From an uncultured Dehalococcoidales bacterium (GTDB lineage Bacteria; Chloroflexota; Dehalococcoidia; Dehalococcoidales; BS750m-G39): a stretch of DNA of 64,000 nt. The DNA lies in contig CAZDHX010000003.1 of NCBI GenBank assembly GCA_964505425.1, positions 28,004 to 92,003 of the forward strand. Reading direction: 5' to 3'. The position numbers were made by a program, and so were the translations under genes. Of the stretch, positions 17,942 through 28,250 are shown one piece after another (position 1 is the first letter of the stretch; each line of letters starts with the position of its first letter). A model generated the notes under the pieces. That model worked only from the letters and a program-made list of their open reading frames with translations, did no database searches and was not told where the DNA came from.

Positions 17942-19191
17942 TTTTGGTCCTCCTCCAGCCGAAAGATTTCTTTAACCATCTCGGCATAGTTTTTACTCCC
18001 GTTGACTTTTAGATAGTGGACGGGGTCTTTGAGAATCTTGCTGACGATGGCTTTGGTCATCATCTCCAGACTATACTGCTCCTCCTCGGTGAGGCGAGGC
18101 AGTTTTTTCCTGGTGCGCTCAAAATGGGAGCGGCGTATTGCTTCCGCCTTGCTCATCAGGGCACGAATAAGCGGCCTGACCTTAAATTCCTGCCACCAGG
18201 AAGCAAAATTGTCCAGTTCATCATCTATAATTTGCACCGCTTTCCGAATCTCACTTTCGCGTTGCTGGCGGTTTACCCTGGAAAGCCCGGTGAGGTCATC
18301 AATATTGTAGAGAAAGACGTTCTTAATCTGACCCACCGCCGGCTCCACATTGCGGGGGACGGCGATATCAATTATCACCATAGGAAGTGAGCGCTTTTCC
18401 ATCGCCCGCTTTACCTGACCAACGCTCAGAATGCGGTGCGGCGCCCCGGCGCAGGTAACAACGATATTGGTGGTGAGCAATTCATCACCGACCTTATTCG
18501 GGGTGAGCGGGGTGCCACCCAGTTGAGCCGCCAGACTTGAAGCCCTCTCCTCAGTCCGCCCGACAACCACCATCCGGGATATCCCCCGGTCTTTAGCGGC
18601 TTTGGCGACCAGCCTCCCCGCCTCCCCGGCACCGATGACCAGCATCTTGCCCCCCTTAAGTTCACCGACAACGCCGGCGGCTAAATCCACCGCCACCGAG
18701 CTGACGGAGAGGGCATTTCGGCTGATTCCCGTTTCCTCACGGACGCGCCTCCCCGTCCAGACGGCGCTCTGGAAGATATGGCGCAGTGGTAGATTGACCA
18801 TCCCCACCCTTTCCGCCGCCTCCAGGGCGTGCCCCACCTGACCCAGCACCTCAAATTCGCCGACTATCATTGATTCCAGACCGCTGGCGACACGGAACAG
18901 GTGCTCCACGGCTACTTTATCCTCAAGTAGATAGACATGCTTGAGCAGGGCGGCATCAGTGATACCCAGCCGCGCCTTAAGAAAGTCCAGGCTTGCCTTC
19001 TCGGCGTGGCGAGCGTCGCTACCAATGGTATAGACCTCGGTGCGGTTGCAGGTGGAGAGGATTATGCCCCGCGATATAAAAGAGCCAAGCAGGGGCAGGG
19101 CGTCATCGAGCTTCCGGCTGCTAATAGCCACCTTCTCGCGGATAGCCACCGGCGCCGTCTGGTGGTCTATGCCGACCAAGCTGATTCTCAT
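17938..19191 (-). CDS. hemA: Glutamyl-tRNA reductase
   Basis: 417 aa. LSTCNRTEVY, EHLFRVASGLESMIVGE and VIGAGEAG (NADPH fold). Confidence 0.93.
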   Translation of the reverse strand: MRISLVGIDHQTAPVAIREKVAISSRKLDDALPLLGSFISRGIILSTCNRTEVYTIGSDARHAEKASLDFLKARLGITDAALLKHVYLLEDKVAVEHLFRVASGLESMIVGEFEVLGQVGHALEAAERVGMVNLPLRHIFQSAVWTGRRVREETGISRNALSVSSVAVDLAAGVVGELKGGKMLVIGAGEAGRLVAKAAKDRGISRMVVVGRTEERASSLAAQLGGTPLTPNKVGDELLTTNIVVTCAGAPHRILSVGQVKRAMEKRSLPMVIIDIAVPRNVEPAVGQIKNVFLYNIDDLTGLSRVNRQQRESEIRKAVQIIDDELDNFASWWQEFKVRPLIRALMSKAEAIRRSHFERTRKKLPRLTEEEQYSLEMMTKAIVSKILKDPVHYLKVNGSKNYAEMVKEIFRLEEDQK

Positions 19192-19838
19192 CTCTTTGTC
19201 CCCATAAGCCTTTCAAGCAAGAAAGCCTTAGCTTTCTCCTCCCCACCCCTCTTCAAGAGGTCAAGCATAAAATCCAGGTCGAGGGCTTCCTGCCAATCGT
19301 CTCCAGTAAGTTTAACTCCCTGGCGCTTTAGCTCAGCGCGCACCTCGCCAATTAGACGAACCAGAGAAGCGTACTCATCGCCAAAATCTTTCTCCAGCCG
19401 GGTGCGTATTTTTCGTGCCAGAGCCGGGCTTACGCCGCCGGTGGAGACGGCAATACTCAGAGCTCCCCGTCGCATATAAGAGGGTAAAATAAAATCAGAA
19501 TTTTCCGCATCATCAGCCACATTGACCAGGACCGCCTTTTCTTGAGCCTCCTTTACTACCTGCCGATTAATCTCATTACTACTGGTGGCGGCAATGGCGA
19601 TGAGCGCCCCCTGTAAATCGCCGGGCTGATAGTTTCTGCGCAGCAATTTTACCTCCCCCCTCTCAACCAGCTCATTTATTTCCTGACATGGGTCGGGGCT
19701 GATTACCTCAACACTGGCGCCGCATTCAAGAAGTGCTCTCACCTTGCGCCGGGCAACCTCTCCCCCACCGACCACTACACACCTCTTCCCCTTAATCTTG
19801 AGAAATATTGGGTAAAACTCTCGGCTCAACTTCTTCAT
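19188..19838 (-). CDS. sirC: Precorrin-2 dehydrogenase / sirohydrochlorin ferrochelatase-type protein (SirC/CysG-N/Met8 family)
   Basis: 216 aa. FLKIKGKRCVVVGGGEVARRK (Rossmann fold) and SIAVSTGGVSPALAR. Confidence 0.85.
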   Translation of the reverse strand: MKKLSREFYPIFLKIKGKRCVVVGGGEVARRKVRALLECGASVEVISPDPCQEINELVERGEVKLLRRNYQPGDLQGALIAIAATSSNEINRQVVKEAQEKAVLVNVADDAENSDFILPSYMRRGALSIAVSTGGVSPALARKIRTRLEKDFGDEYASLVRLIGEVRAELKRQGVKLTGDDWQEALDLDFMLDLLKRGGEEKAKAFLLERLMGTKR

Positions 19839-21358
19839 CCCTTTTTCCTCAGTCCGGCGATGGTGTAAACAAGGTCCATATCAAGGCTATCACGGACCAA
19901 TTCGGCCAGCCTGTCATACTCGGCGTCACGCTGGTGGTCATCGCCGGCAAAACTAAGGGGCTGCCCCTTGGCGCGGGCAATCTGCCTCAGGATGCCCCAC
20001 CGGAGTTCTTGATTGTTAAATAGCCCGTGAATATATGTCCCCAGAACGCGCCCGCTCATGTCCAGGCAGCCATCCAGGGCGTCACACGATTTACTGGAGC
20101 GCTCCCTTATGCGAAAGGTGGCGTCTCCTTCACCGCTTTCCGTCCTGCCCATATGAATCTCGTAGCCTTCAAAGCTGATATTCCGGGCTTCGGCAAGAAG
20201 CCCACGCCCAGCGACGATACTGCCCTTTACCTGGTGAGTTTCCTTACTCGGCAGAAAAGCAGTGGTTAGCGGCAAAAGACCCAGCCCCTGGCTCTGCCGG
20301 ACGTGAGACTCCACACCATCGGGGTCATCTATAAATCTACCCAGCATCTGGTAGCCGCCGCAGATACCAATAATAAAAGCACCGCTCTGGTAAAGCTCTC
20401 TAATTCTGTTGGCTAACCCGTTAGCCTTTAGCCAATCCAGATCGGCTACCGTGGTCTTGCTCCCGGGAAGAATAATCAGGTCAGGGTGGTCCAGTTCTTG
20501 GCTAGAATTTACATAGCGCACCCCCACGCAACTCTCCTTGTCCAGCGGGTCGAAATCATCAAAATTGGAGATATGGGGCAGCCTGATGACGGCGATATCT
20601 ATTTGCGCCGAGCCTTGCTGATGCCTTCGCTGTTCCAGGGCTACCGAGTCTTCCTGGGCGATATGGATATCACGGAAATAGGGAATGACGCCGGCGATGG
20701 GAACGCCAGACCTTTCTTCCAGAAACCTTAGGCCCGGCTCAAGCAGTTTTTGGTCTCCCCGGAACTTATTTATCACCAACGCCTTGATGAGGCTCAGGTC
20801 TCCCGGTTTCAGCAGCCACAGGGTACCCAGCAGGGAGGCGAAGACGCCGCCGCGGTCAATATCGCCCACCAGTAACACCGGAGAGCGGCAGTGTCGGGCA
20901 ACTCTCATGTTCACCATCTCATCGCCCATAAGATTAACCTCAGCCGGACTGCCGGCGCCCTCAATAACCACCACCTCATACTGTGAGCGGAGCTTTCGCA
21001 GTGCGCCGGTCACCACCGGCCACAACTGAGACTTCAGCTTATAATAATCAGCCGCCGTTGTTACCATCTGCGGGCGTCCCAGCACCACCACCTGGGAGCG
21101 GCTATCGGCTTCCGGCTTGAGCAGGATAGGGTTCATCTCCACCGAGCAGGATATGCCCGCCGCCTCAGCCTGCACCGCCTGTGCCCGCCCGATTTCCCCT
21201 CCGTCAGGGGTAACATAAGAGTTCAGAGACATGTTTTGCGCCTTGAACGGCGCCACGCTGAAACCGTCCTGCCGGAAGATGCGGCACAGAGCCGTCACCA
21301 GCACGCTCTTGCCCACGTGGGAGGCAGTCCCCTGCACCATGATTACCCTTCCCCTCAT
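19835..21358 (-). CDS. cbiP: Cobyric acid synthase
   Basis: 507 aa. VQGTASHVGKS, FKAQNMSLNS and a C-terminal GATase domain (ICGGYQMLG). Confidence 0.92.
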   Translation of the reverse strand: MRGRVIMVQGTASHVGKSVLVTALCRIFRQDGFSVAPFKAQNMSLNSYVTPDGGEIGRAQAVQAEAAGISCSVEMNPILLKPEADSRSQVVVLGRPQMVTTAADYYKLKSQLWPVVTGALRKLRSQYEVVVIEGAGSPAEVNLMGDEMVNMRVARHCRSPVLLVGDIDRGGVFASLLGTLWLLKPGDLSLIKALVINKFRGDQKLLEPGLRFLEERSGVPIAGVIPYFRDIHIAQEDSVALEQRRHQQGSAQIDIAVIRLPHISNFDDFDPLDKESCVGVRYVNSSQELDHPDLIILPGSKTTVADLDWLKANGLANRIRELYQSGAFIIGICGGYQMLGRFIDDPDGVESHVRQSQGLGLLPLTTAFLPSKETHQVKGSIVAGRGLLAEARNISFEGYEIHMGRTESGEGDATFRIRERSSKSCDALDGCLDMSGRVLGTYIHGLFNNQELRWGILRQIARAKGQPLSFAGDDHQRDAEYDRLAELVRDSLDMDLVYTIAGLRKKG

Positions 21359-22725
21359 CTTCCCTCCTGACCGAATTTCTGGCAGTTGTCTATGAAACGC
21401 GCCGCCATTGAAGGCAGGCTGCCCATGTGAAGATGAATATAAGAAGCGAGCAGATTCATATTGTGGAACCCCTCACGGCGTTTGCCTTTATCAATAATAC
21501 AGTACGCCTTAGAAGCGTCAGTGTTTTTCTCCAATACGGACCAGTGGAACTCATGACCGCGCACGGTTTCCCCCTGGCGCAGGAGGGGACCATCGCCCAG
21601 AGCCTGGACTGTCCGATAGCCTAAGCTCAGGCGCGGGCTGTCAATCTGAGAGGAAAGCGGGATAGCCCCTGCCATGGGATATTCGTTGCCTTCTAAATCC
21701 CGAATACTCCTGCCGAGGTACATCAGCCCCCCGCACTCAGCATAAATTGGCATCCCGCGCCCGGCAGCAAGTTTTATTTCTTGCCTGATAGGCTTATTCT
21801 CCGCCAACTCAGCGGCATAAAGCTCAGGGAAGCCACCCCCGATATAGAGACCGGAGATATCCTGCGGCAGTTCTGCATCCTGCAGGGGGCTGAAGGGCAC
21901 AATTTCTGCCCCCCACGCCCCCAGAAGGTCTAAGCTGTCCTGATAGTAAAAGCTAAAAGCCTTGTCCCTTGCTACCGCAATCCTGGCCAGGGCGGGCTTG
22001 GGTTTTGGGGGGAATAATGCCACCTCGGCTTGCGGGACCTTTGCCTCCTCTGAGAATCGTAAAACCTGCGGTATATCAAGTGTCGCCTCACATTGTGCCA
22101 CCAAAAATTTTAGAAATTCCTTACTGGCTGGATCTTCCACCATAGGAACCAAGCCCAGATGTCTTTCCGGCAGGGACAGATTGTCGCGGCGGGGTAGATA
22201 ACCCAGCACGGCAATTTTGGTGTAATGCTCAATGGCTTCCCGGCAAAATCTGAGGTGCTCGTCGCTGCCGATGCCGTTGAGGATAACGCCGCCAAGGTTA
22301 AGAGCCGGGTCAAAAGCCTTATATCCGGCAACCATCGCCGCCAGGCTGCGCGCCCCCTTTCGGCTGTCAACCACCAGTATTACCGGCGCCCCGAGGAGTT
22401 TGGCTAACTCGGCGGTGCTGCCCTCTTCATTTATTGACGAATGCCCATCATAAAGCCCCATCACCCCCTCAATAACGGCAATGTCTTTACCGTGAACCGC
22501 CCGCCCGAAAAGCTCCAGCACAGCGTCACGGGACAAAAGCCAGGTATCCAGATTGCGAGAGGCTTCGCCGGTTACCCAGCTATGATAGCTGGGGTCAATA
22601 TAATCTGGTCCCGTCTTGAAGGGCTGCACCTTAAAACCTTTTTGGCGCAGAGCACCCATCAGCCCGGTAGCAACCGTCGTCTTGCCCACGCCGCTGGTGG
22701 TACCGGCAACAACTATCGCCCTCAT
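21355..22725 (-). CDS. cbiA: Cobyrinate a,c-diamide synthase
   Basis: 456 aa. AGTTSGVGKTT, PFKTGPDYIDP and YAECGGLMYL. Confidence 0.92.
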   Translation of the reverse strand: MRAIVVAGTTSGVGKTTVATGLMGALRQKGFKVQPFKTGPDYIDPSYHSWVTGEASRNLDTWLLSRDAVLELFGRAVHGKDIAVIEGVMGLYDGHSSINEEGSTAELAKLLGAPVILVVDSRKGARSLAAMVAGYKAFDPALNLGGVILNGIGSDEHLRFCREAIEHYTKIAVLGYLPRRDNLSLPERHLGLVPMVEDPASKEFLKFLVAQCEATLDIPQVLRFSEEAKVPQAEVALFPPKPKPALARIAVARDKAFSFYYQDSLDLLGAWGAEIVPFSPLQDAELPQDISGLYIGGGFPELYAAELAENKPIRQEIKLAAGRGMPIYAECGGLMYLGRSIRDLEGNEYPMAGAIPLSSQIDSPRLSLGYRTVQALGDGPLLRQGETVRGHEFHWSVLEKNTDASKAYCIIDKGKRREGFHNMNLLASYIHLHMGSLPSMAARFIDNCQKFGQEGR

Positions 22726-24272
22726 GACTGCTCCTGACCCAGGTCGTATTTTGCCCGGTAACCACGAGGGGTTACCATCCAGCCGCCAAGGGTAAATGTG
22801 GTTGAATTGCCGACAATGACGGTGGTGTTCATGCCAATCTCGTAGTCCAGCATGTGCTCCAAATCGGTGATTAATACCTCTTGCTCCTCCCGATAAGCAT
22901 TGGTAGCAATGCCTACCGGCGTTGATGGCGAGCGATGCTTTAAGATGATTTCCCTGGCTTTAATTAGCTGGCGCTGGCGCTTCTGGCTCTTAGGATTGTA
23001 GAGAATTATTACAAAATTTCCCTCCGCCGCCAGCTCCAGCCGGCGGCTAATTTCCTGCCACGGGACGAGGTAATCGCTGAGGCTTATGCTGACAAAATCA
23101 CCATTTATGGGCGCACCGAGCAAAGCAGCACTGGCTCCCAGCAGGGGTACGCCCGGTATCACCTCTATATCTATATCCCCCGCCTGCTCGCCAAGGATTT
23201 CGCCCACCAGCCCGGCCATGCCGTAGATGCCACTGTCGCCGCTGGAGACGAGAGATACTATTCTTCTCTCCTTAGCCAAGCTAATCGCCGTCTTCACCCG
23301 CTCCACCTCTTCTCCCATGCCGCTAGCGATAACCTTTTTATCGCCGAGGTAAGGCTCAATCAGTTTGATATAGCTCTTATAGCCAACGACTACTTCACTA
23401 TTACTGATAGCCTCTCTGGCTCTAAAGGTCATTTGCTCCGGGTCTCCGGGACCGATGCCGACCAGAAAAAGTTTTCCCCCAGCGGCAGAGCGGGCAACGG
23501 CAATGGTCACTGTCCGCCTAAAACTCACCTTGGGGATAATAAGAGAGTCGCCGCCGCTGCTCAGTAGCGCCGCCGACTCACATACCGCCGGCGTCCCCAC
23601 GTGTTTCAGCACCAGGGGCGAAGGGTGGGATTTCACCTTGCCCAGCGCTTCCTTATCAAAGTACTCTACGGGCAGGCGGTATTTGCGGGCAAATTTTGAG
23701 AGCCCGGGCTCGTTCTTCTTGATATCTATGGTGGCGATATTTCGGATGCCTTTGATAGATAGTCCATATTCTGAAAAAACCTGGCTGACGGCATTTTCTA
23801 TCTCCAGAGCTGCCGTCCCGCGGTTACAGCCGATGCCAACCACCAGATTTTGAGGGATTACCTTGCTTACCTCGGAAGCAGTGGTGACCACCGCACTAGC
23901 GCCGATAAGAGAAGCTATTTTTCCGGCCATCTCGTTAGCGCCACCCTCGTGCCCCGAGAGCAGGCTCACGCTGAATGAGCCGCCTTCATCAACCACCACC
24001 ACACCCGGGTCTTTATGCTTGTCCCTGATTTCGGTAGCTATTAACCGCACGGCGATACCCACCGCCATGATAAGCACCAGGTGCCGGTAGCGGCCGAAAA
24101 CCTCTCTGACCACTTCTCCCACCGGAGAGGAAAATGGGTATTCCCCCGGCTTTGGCTCAAGAGCAAACTTTTGCGGCAGGTAAAGGTGGCCTGCGGGAAA
24201 CCGCTTTTGTAAGCGCTGACCGAGAGCCACCCCCTTTTCGGTTATGGCGACAATGGCTATGTCCTCTTTCAC
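22722..24272 (-). CDS. cbiG/cbiH: Fused CbiG (cobalt-precorrin-5A hydrolase) / CbiH (cobalt-precorrin-3 C17-methyltransferase)
   Basis: 516 aa. The N-terminal ~270 aa are CbiG-like (GIGCNRG..., PAVCESAALL). The C-terminal part is a class III methyltransferase (LFLVGIGPGDPEQMT, SSGDSGIYGMAG). Confidence 0.88.
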   Translation of the reverse strand: MKEDIAIVAITEKGVALGQRLQKRFPAGHLYLPQKFALEPKPGEYPFSSPVGEVVREVFGRYRHLVLIMAVGIAVRLIATEIRDKHKDPGVVVVDEGGSFSVSLLSGHEGGANEMAGKIASLIGASAVVTTASEVSKVIPQNLVVGIGCNRGTAALEIENAVSQVFSEYGLSIKGIRNIATIDIKKNEPGLSKFARKYRLPVEYFDKEALGKVKSHPSPLVLKHVGTPAVCESAALLSSGGDSLIIPKVSFRRTVTIAVARSAAGGKLFLVGIGPGDPEQMTFRAREAISNSEVVVGYKSYIKLIEPYLGDKKVIASGMGEEVERVKTAISLAKERRIVSLVSSGDSGIYGMAGLVGEILGEQAGDIDIEVIPGVPLLGASAALLGAPINGDFVSISLSDYLVPWQEISRRLELAAEGNFVIILYNPKSQKRQRQLIKAREIILKHRSPSTPVGIATNAYREEQEVLITDLEHMLDYEIGMNTTVIVGNSTTFTLGGWMVTPRGYRAKYDLGQEQS

Positions 24273-25018
24273 TTTTCAAAACCTCGGCCGTATAGCTTTG
24301 AACGCTGCTTCTTTTCCTTTGCCTCCAGAAAAGCGCCCACCAGTATCAATGCCTGTTTTTTTATGCCCGATGCCCTCACCTCTGCCACCAGCTTCTTCAG
24401 GGTAGTCCGCAGCATGACCTCGTCCTGCCAGCTAGCTTTATAGATTACCGCCGCCGGGGTTTCGGGGGGATAGCCGCCGGCAAGCAGTTCAGCAACAACC
24501 TTTTCTATAAGCGAGGCGCTCAGGAAAATCGCCATGCTGGACTGGTGCCGGGCCAGGCTTTTGAGGTTTTCCAGAGCCGGCACCGGCGTCTTGCCCTCCA
24601 GGCGGGTGATGATAACCGTCTGGGAAATTTCGGGAACAGTTAGCTCCGTCTTTAAGGCGGCGGCGGCGGCGAATAGGGAGCTCACGCCGGGGATAATCTC
24701 GTAGGCTATGCCCTTACCGTCCAGCACCGCCATCTGCTCCTGGATAGCGCCGTAGATGCTCGGGTCGCCACTCTGCAGCCGGGCAACGACCTTCCCTTCC
24801 TTGACCGCATTGACTATAATCCCGGTTATCTCCTCTAGAGTGAGCGAGGCGCTTCTATAAATCTCAGCCTTCTCCGGAGCAAAGCGGCAGACCTCCGGGT
24901 TTACCAGCGAATCGGCGTAGATAATGACGTCCGCCCGCTTGATGACATTCCTTGCCCGGATAGTTAAAAGCTCCGGGTCACCGGGTCCACCACCGATAAA
25001 ATATACCTTAACCGCCAT
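24269..25018 (-). CDS. cbiF: Cobalt-precorrin-4 C11-methyltransferase
   Basis: 249 aa. VYFIGGGPGDPELLT, QSGDPSIYGA and IPGVSS. Confidence 0.9.
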   Translation of the reverse strand: MAVKVYFIGGGPGDPELLTIRARNVIKRADVIIYADSLVNPEVCRFAPEKAEIYRSASLTLEEITGIIVNAVKEGKVVARLQSGDPSIYGAIQEQMAVLDGKGIAYEIIPGVSSLFAAAAALKTELTVPEISQTVIITRLEGKTPVPALENLKSLARHQSSMAIFLSASLIEKVVAELLAGGYPPETPAAVIYKASWQDEVMLRTTLKKLVAEVRASGIKKQALILVGAFLEAKEKKQRSKLYGRGFEK

Positions 25019-25019
25019 T

Positions 25020-25742
25020 TTATTTCCGCAATATCAGGAGAGAGAAATAATCAACCTTTTTTCCTTTTAGCTGGCTGATGTCACGGACTATCTCCTCGTC
25101 CTGGGTCGTGCCTCTCCTGACATAGACGCACTTATCGGTCAGTTTTAAGTCCTCAAGAATGGCGAGGAGCTTATCAAAAACGTTATTCATCTTAATAAAA
25201 ACTACCGTCTCAAAGTTGGCTATTGTCTCCCTGATAATCTTATCTTCCCGGTTACCCGAGATTATGGCAATACGCTCGTCCTCACTGGCAAGGGGGACTA
25301 TCGCCCGGGCGGCGGCGGCATTAATCGATGATATCCCGGGGATAACCTCAACCACTACCTCGGGGTGGCTCTTTTTTACCGTCTCCAGGATATAAATAAA
25401 GGTCCCGTAGAGAAGAGGGTCACCAACGTTAACAAAGGCGCAGTCCTCCCCCTTCTCAAGATGCCGCCAGATTGTATCCGCCGCCTGCTGCCAGTAATCT
25501 TTGAGCTGCTCCTTGCCTCTCAGCATGGGAAAAACCAGCTCAACAACCTTCTGTTCTGGCTCCTTTATAAGACGGGCAACAATGGACCTTGCGTAGCTCT
25601 TGCTTTGCCTGTCTTTTAATGGCACGAAGATAACCGCCACACGGGACAGGACATTATACGCCTTCAGTGTCAAGAGCTCCGGGTCACCCGGCCCCACCCC
25701 CACCCCGTAGAGGCGGCCAATTCCCGTTTTTTTGTTACCCAT
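25020..25742 (-). CDS. cbiL: Cobalt-precorrin-2 C20-methyltransferase
   Basis: 240 aa. LYGVGVGPGDPELLTLKA, GDPLLYGTF and IPGISS. Confidence 0.88.
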   Translation of the reverse strand: MGNKKTGIGRLYGVGVGPGDPELLTLKAYNVLSRVAVIFVPLKDRQSKSYARSIVARLIKEPEQKVVELVFPMLRGKEQLKDYWQQAADTIWRHLEKGEDCAFVNVGDPLLYGTFIYILETVKKSHPEVVVEVIPGISSINAAAARAIVPLASEDERIAIISGNREDKIIRETIANFETVVFIKMNNVFDKLLAILEDLKLTDKCVYVRRGTTQDEEIVRDISQLKGKKVDYFSLLILRK

Positions 25743-25765
25743 TCAACCACGCCCTCCTCAACAAT

Positions 25766-27028
25766 TTACAATTCAAAATCAGCGGGCCAGGGGCTATGAA
25801 GGCACTCCTCATAATAGCGGGCGGGCAGGCTAAGCATGGACGCCTTGGTCATCAAGGATGCCCAGTACATACCACGCCGGGTAACCTCAACATGTGTGGG
25901 GTGTTCTTCGATGAGATTCAGTAGCTTGAGCATAAGCATGAACCTCCCCATTGCCCGCTCCATCTTGACCCCGAAGCGCTTTTCAAATTCGGACTTCTCC
26001 ACCCTCAGCCGATATAGTCCCATCATGAACCACCGCCTCATCACCCGGTCTGGCGGCGTGATTGTCCCCGTAGCTATAGGTAAACCTGCTTCCACCCTTT
26101 TTATATACTCCCTGAGGGAGAAGGTATTGACATAGAACAAGCCCCCGATTTTGGTATAGGCGCTAATCCCCACCCCGATATTCTCGTCGCGGGTGCAGGT
26201 GACATACTGCGCCCCACCCCCATTGGTAAACTCCCAGCAGGTATCCTGCTTGTAGCCGTTAGCAGTAAGGAAATCAATAACGGTATAGAACATCTCCCGT
26301 TCTAAAGACGAGGGCGGGGTAGTGAGCCGCCCCTCCTGGACATCGCGATACCAGCGGGTATAGGGGAAGAGCATAAGAGGATAATACGCAATTTGATGGG
26401 CACCGGTCTTAGCCGCCACCTCCAGGTCACCCAGCAGGCTGGGGATTTGCTGCCGGGGTAGGCTATGCATCAGGTCAATGCTGACGTAGAACCCCTCACT
26501 GAGCAAAAGCTCTATCGCCTTGAGCACCGCCCTGGCATCATAGCCCCGCCCCATACCCCTCAGGACTTCAGCGTCAAAGGACTGCACCCCCAGGCTGATT
26601 TTGGTGACGCCGGCCTGCTTCACTGCCCGGCACATCTCAGCGTTTATATCCTCAGAGTTTGCCTCAAAGCCGACCTCGCCCTCCATCTCAAACCTGGACC
26701 TTACAAAATCCATAATCTCAACTATCCCCTCCCAGGTGAGGCTGGGGGTGCCGCCGCCAAAATAGACATCGCCTATCTTGATTTTCCCCAGTTTGTCACG
26801 GTAGGTCTGGATTTCTTTTTTCACCGCCTCAATATAAGGGGCGACCTTGCTCGGGGAATAGCGCAGGCTATGAAAACAACAGTAGGAGCAAAGATGGCGG
26901 CAGAAGGGCAGGTGAATATACCAGCCAATGCCATCCAGGGCCGGCGGAAATTCTGGCTCAATCGGGGAGAACCTCGTCCCTCTAAGCCCCCTCTTTATCA
27001 TTGACGGCGCCATTCTCTCTGCAATCAA
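25766..27028 (-). CDS. HemN/HemW-like radical-SAM protein (coproporphyrinogen dehydrogenase family) embedded in the cbi operon
   Basis: 420 aa. YIHLPFCRHLCSYCCF (CxxxCxxC), GGGTPS and a HemN_C-like tail. The TTG start lies 1 nt after the cbiET stop, and the stop lies 23 nt before the cbiL start. Confidence 0.8.
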   Translation of the reverse strand: MIAERMAPSMIKRGLRGTRFSPIEPEFPPALDGIGWYIHLPFCRHLCSYCCFHSLRYSPSKVAPYIEAVKKEIQTYRDKLGKIKIGDVYFGGGTPSLTWEGIVEIMDFVRSRFEMEGEVGFEANSEDINAEMCRAVKQAGVTKISLGVQSFDAEVLRGMGRGYDARAVLKAIELLLSEGFYVSIDLMHSLPRQQIPSLLGDLEVAAKTGAHQIAYYPLMLFPYTRWYRDVQEGRLTTPPSSLEREMFYTVIDFLTANGYKQDTCWEFTNGGGAQYVTCTRDENIGVGISAYTKIGGLFYVNTFSLREYIKRVEAGLPIATGTITPPDRVMRRWFMMGLYRLRVEKSEFEKRFGVKMERAMGRFMLMLKLLNLIEEHPTHVEVTRRGMYWASLMTKASMLSLPARYYEECLHSPWPADFEL

Positions 27029-27029
27029 G

Positions 27030-28250
27030 TTATTCCTCCTTCTTTACTCCGCTGACGACAAAGACCGGATTCAAGGTTTCGAAGCGGGTAAGCTCCATAA
27101 CACCAGTACTGCGGGCTATATTTACCAGGGTTATATCAGGCACAAAGCCCCTGGCTTTAAGGGCGTCGACGGCGGCGCTCAGGTTTTCCAGGGCAACGAT
27201 GTTCATAACAATGCGCCCGCCGGGCTTTAGCCTTCGGTTGACCAGGTCCAGTATCTCCTTAACTCTCCCCCCGCTACCCCCGATAAAGACGGCGGTGGGG
27301 TCGGGCAAACTGTTTAAACCATCCGGGGCAAAGGTCTTGACCACCTCAACATTAGAGGCATTAAATTTTCGGATATTTTTTCTGATTATGGCTACATCTT
27401 TTTCGTTCTTTTCTATAGCGTAGATATGCCCTTTTCTGACAAGAAAGGAGGCTTCAATAGATACCGCCCCCGAGCCGGCGCCAATATCCCAGACGATACT
27501 GTTTTCAGTAAGCGCCAGCTTGGCAAGGCTTATTGACCTCACCTCCTGCTTGGTGATAAGCCCCTCCCGGCGGCGATGGAAGTTTTCTTCGGGAATCCCC
27601 ATTATTCGCTGAGGTCTCGGCTTGGATTTCTCCCTTAATAAAATCAGGACGTTGAGTGGAGAAAACTTCATCTTGACCAAGCCGCGTAAATCGGTCTTGA
27701 CGACCTTTTCTTCTTTGCTGCCAAGGTCCTGGCAGACATAAGCCCAGTAGCCGTCAACGCCGTGTTCCAGCAACACCCTGGCAATAGCCGCCGGGGTATG
27801 CTTATTATCAGTAAAAATGCCGATTTTAGCATTTAACCCCACCACCCCGACAATCTCCGCGATGGGCCTGGAGTGGACGCTGACAAAGACGGCGTCCTCC
27901 CAGCTTTCTTTAATGCGGGCAAAGGCCAGCTGCATGGCGCTTACGTTGGGTATTATGTCAATAACGCTCTTGCCCAACTTAGCCGTCAGATAGCCGGCTA
28001 TGCCGTAAAAATTGGGTTCACCGGAAGCCAGCACGACCATTCGTTTCCGCCCCAGGTTTCTCTCGATTAAATCGGCTACTTCAGCTAGGTTATTTTTGAT
28101 AGTTATTTTCTCCCCGCTCAGCGAGGGAAACATCCGAATTAATCGCCTACCACCGAAGACAATCTCCGCCCGGTTTAGCAGGCGGCGTGCTTCCGGCAAC
28201 AAGCTTCCCTCGGGTGCCACCCCAATAATATGGACCCTATGTCTTGACAT
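27030..28250 (-). CDS. cbiE/cbiT: Fused CbiE/CbiT (cobalt-precorrin-7 C5-methyltransferase / cobalt-precorrin-6B C15-methyltransferase, decarboxylating)
   Basis: The N-terminal half is CbiE-like (HIIGVAPEG, ASGEPNFYG). The C-terminal half is CbiT-like (VWDIGAGSGAVSIE). The ATG at 28250 with a GGGAGGG Shine-Dalgarno is preferred over the track start at 28277, which overlaps cbiD. Confidence 0.88.
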   Translation of the reverse strand: MSRHRVHIIGVAPEGSLLPEARRLLNRAEIVFGGRRLIRMFPSLSGEKITIKNNLAEVADLIERNLGRKRMVVLASGEPNFYGIAGYLTAKLGKSVIDIIPNVSAMQLAFARIKESWEDAVFVSVHSRPIAEIVGVVGLNAKIGIFTDNKHTPAAIARVLLEHGVDGYWAYVCQDLGSKEEKVVKTDLRGLVKMKFSPLNVLILLREKSKPRPQRIMGIPEENFHRRREGLITKQEVRSISLAKLALTENSIVWDIGAGSGAVSIEASFLVRKGHIYAIEKNEKDVAIIRKNIRKFNASNVEVVKTFAPDGLNSLPDPTAVFIGGSGGRVKEILDLVNRRLKPGGRIVMNIVALENLSAAVDALKARGFVPDITLVNIARSTGVMELTRFETLNPVFVVSGVKKEE

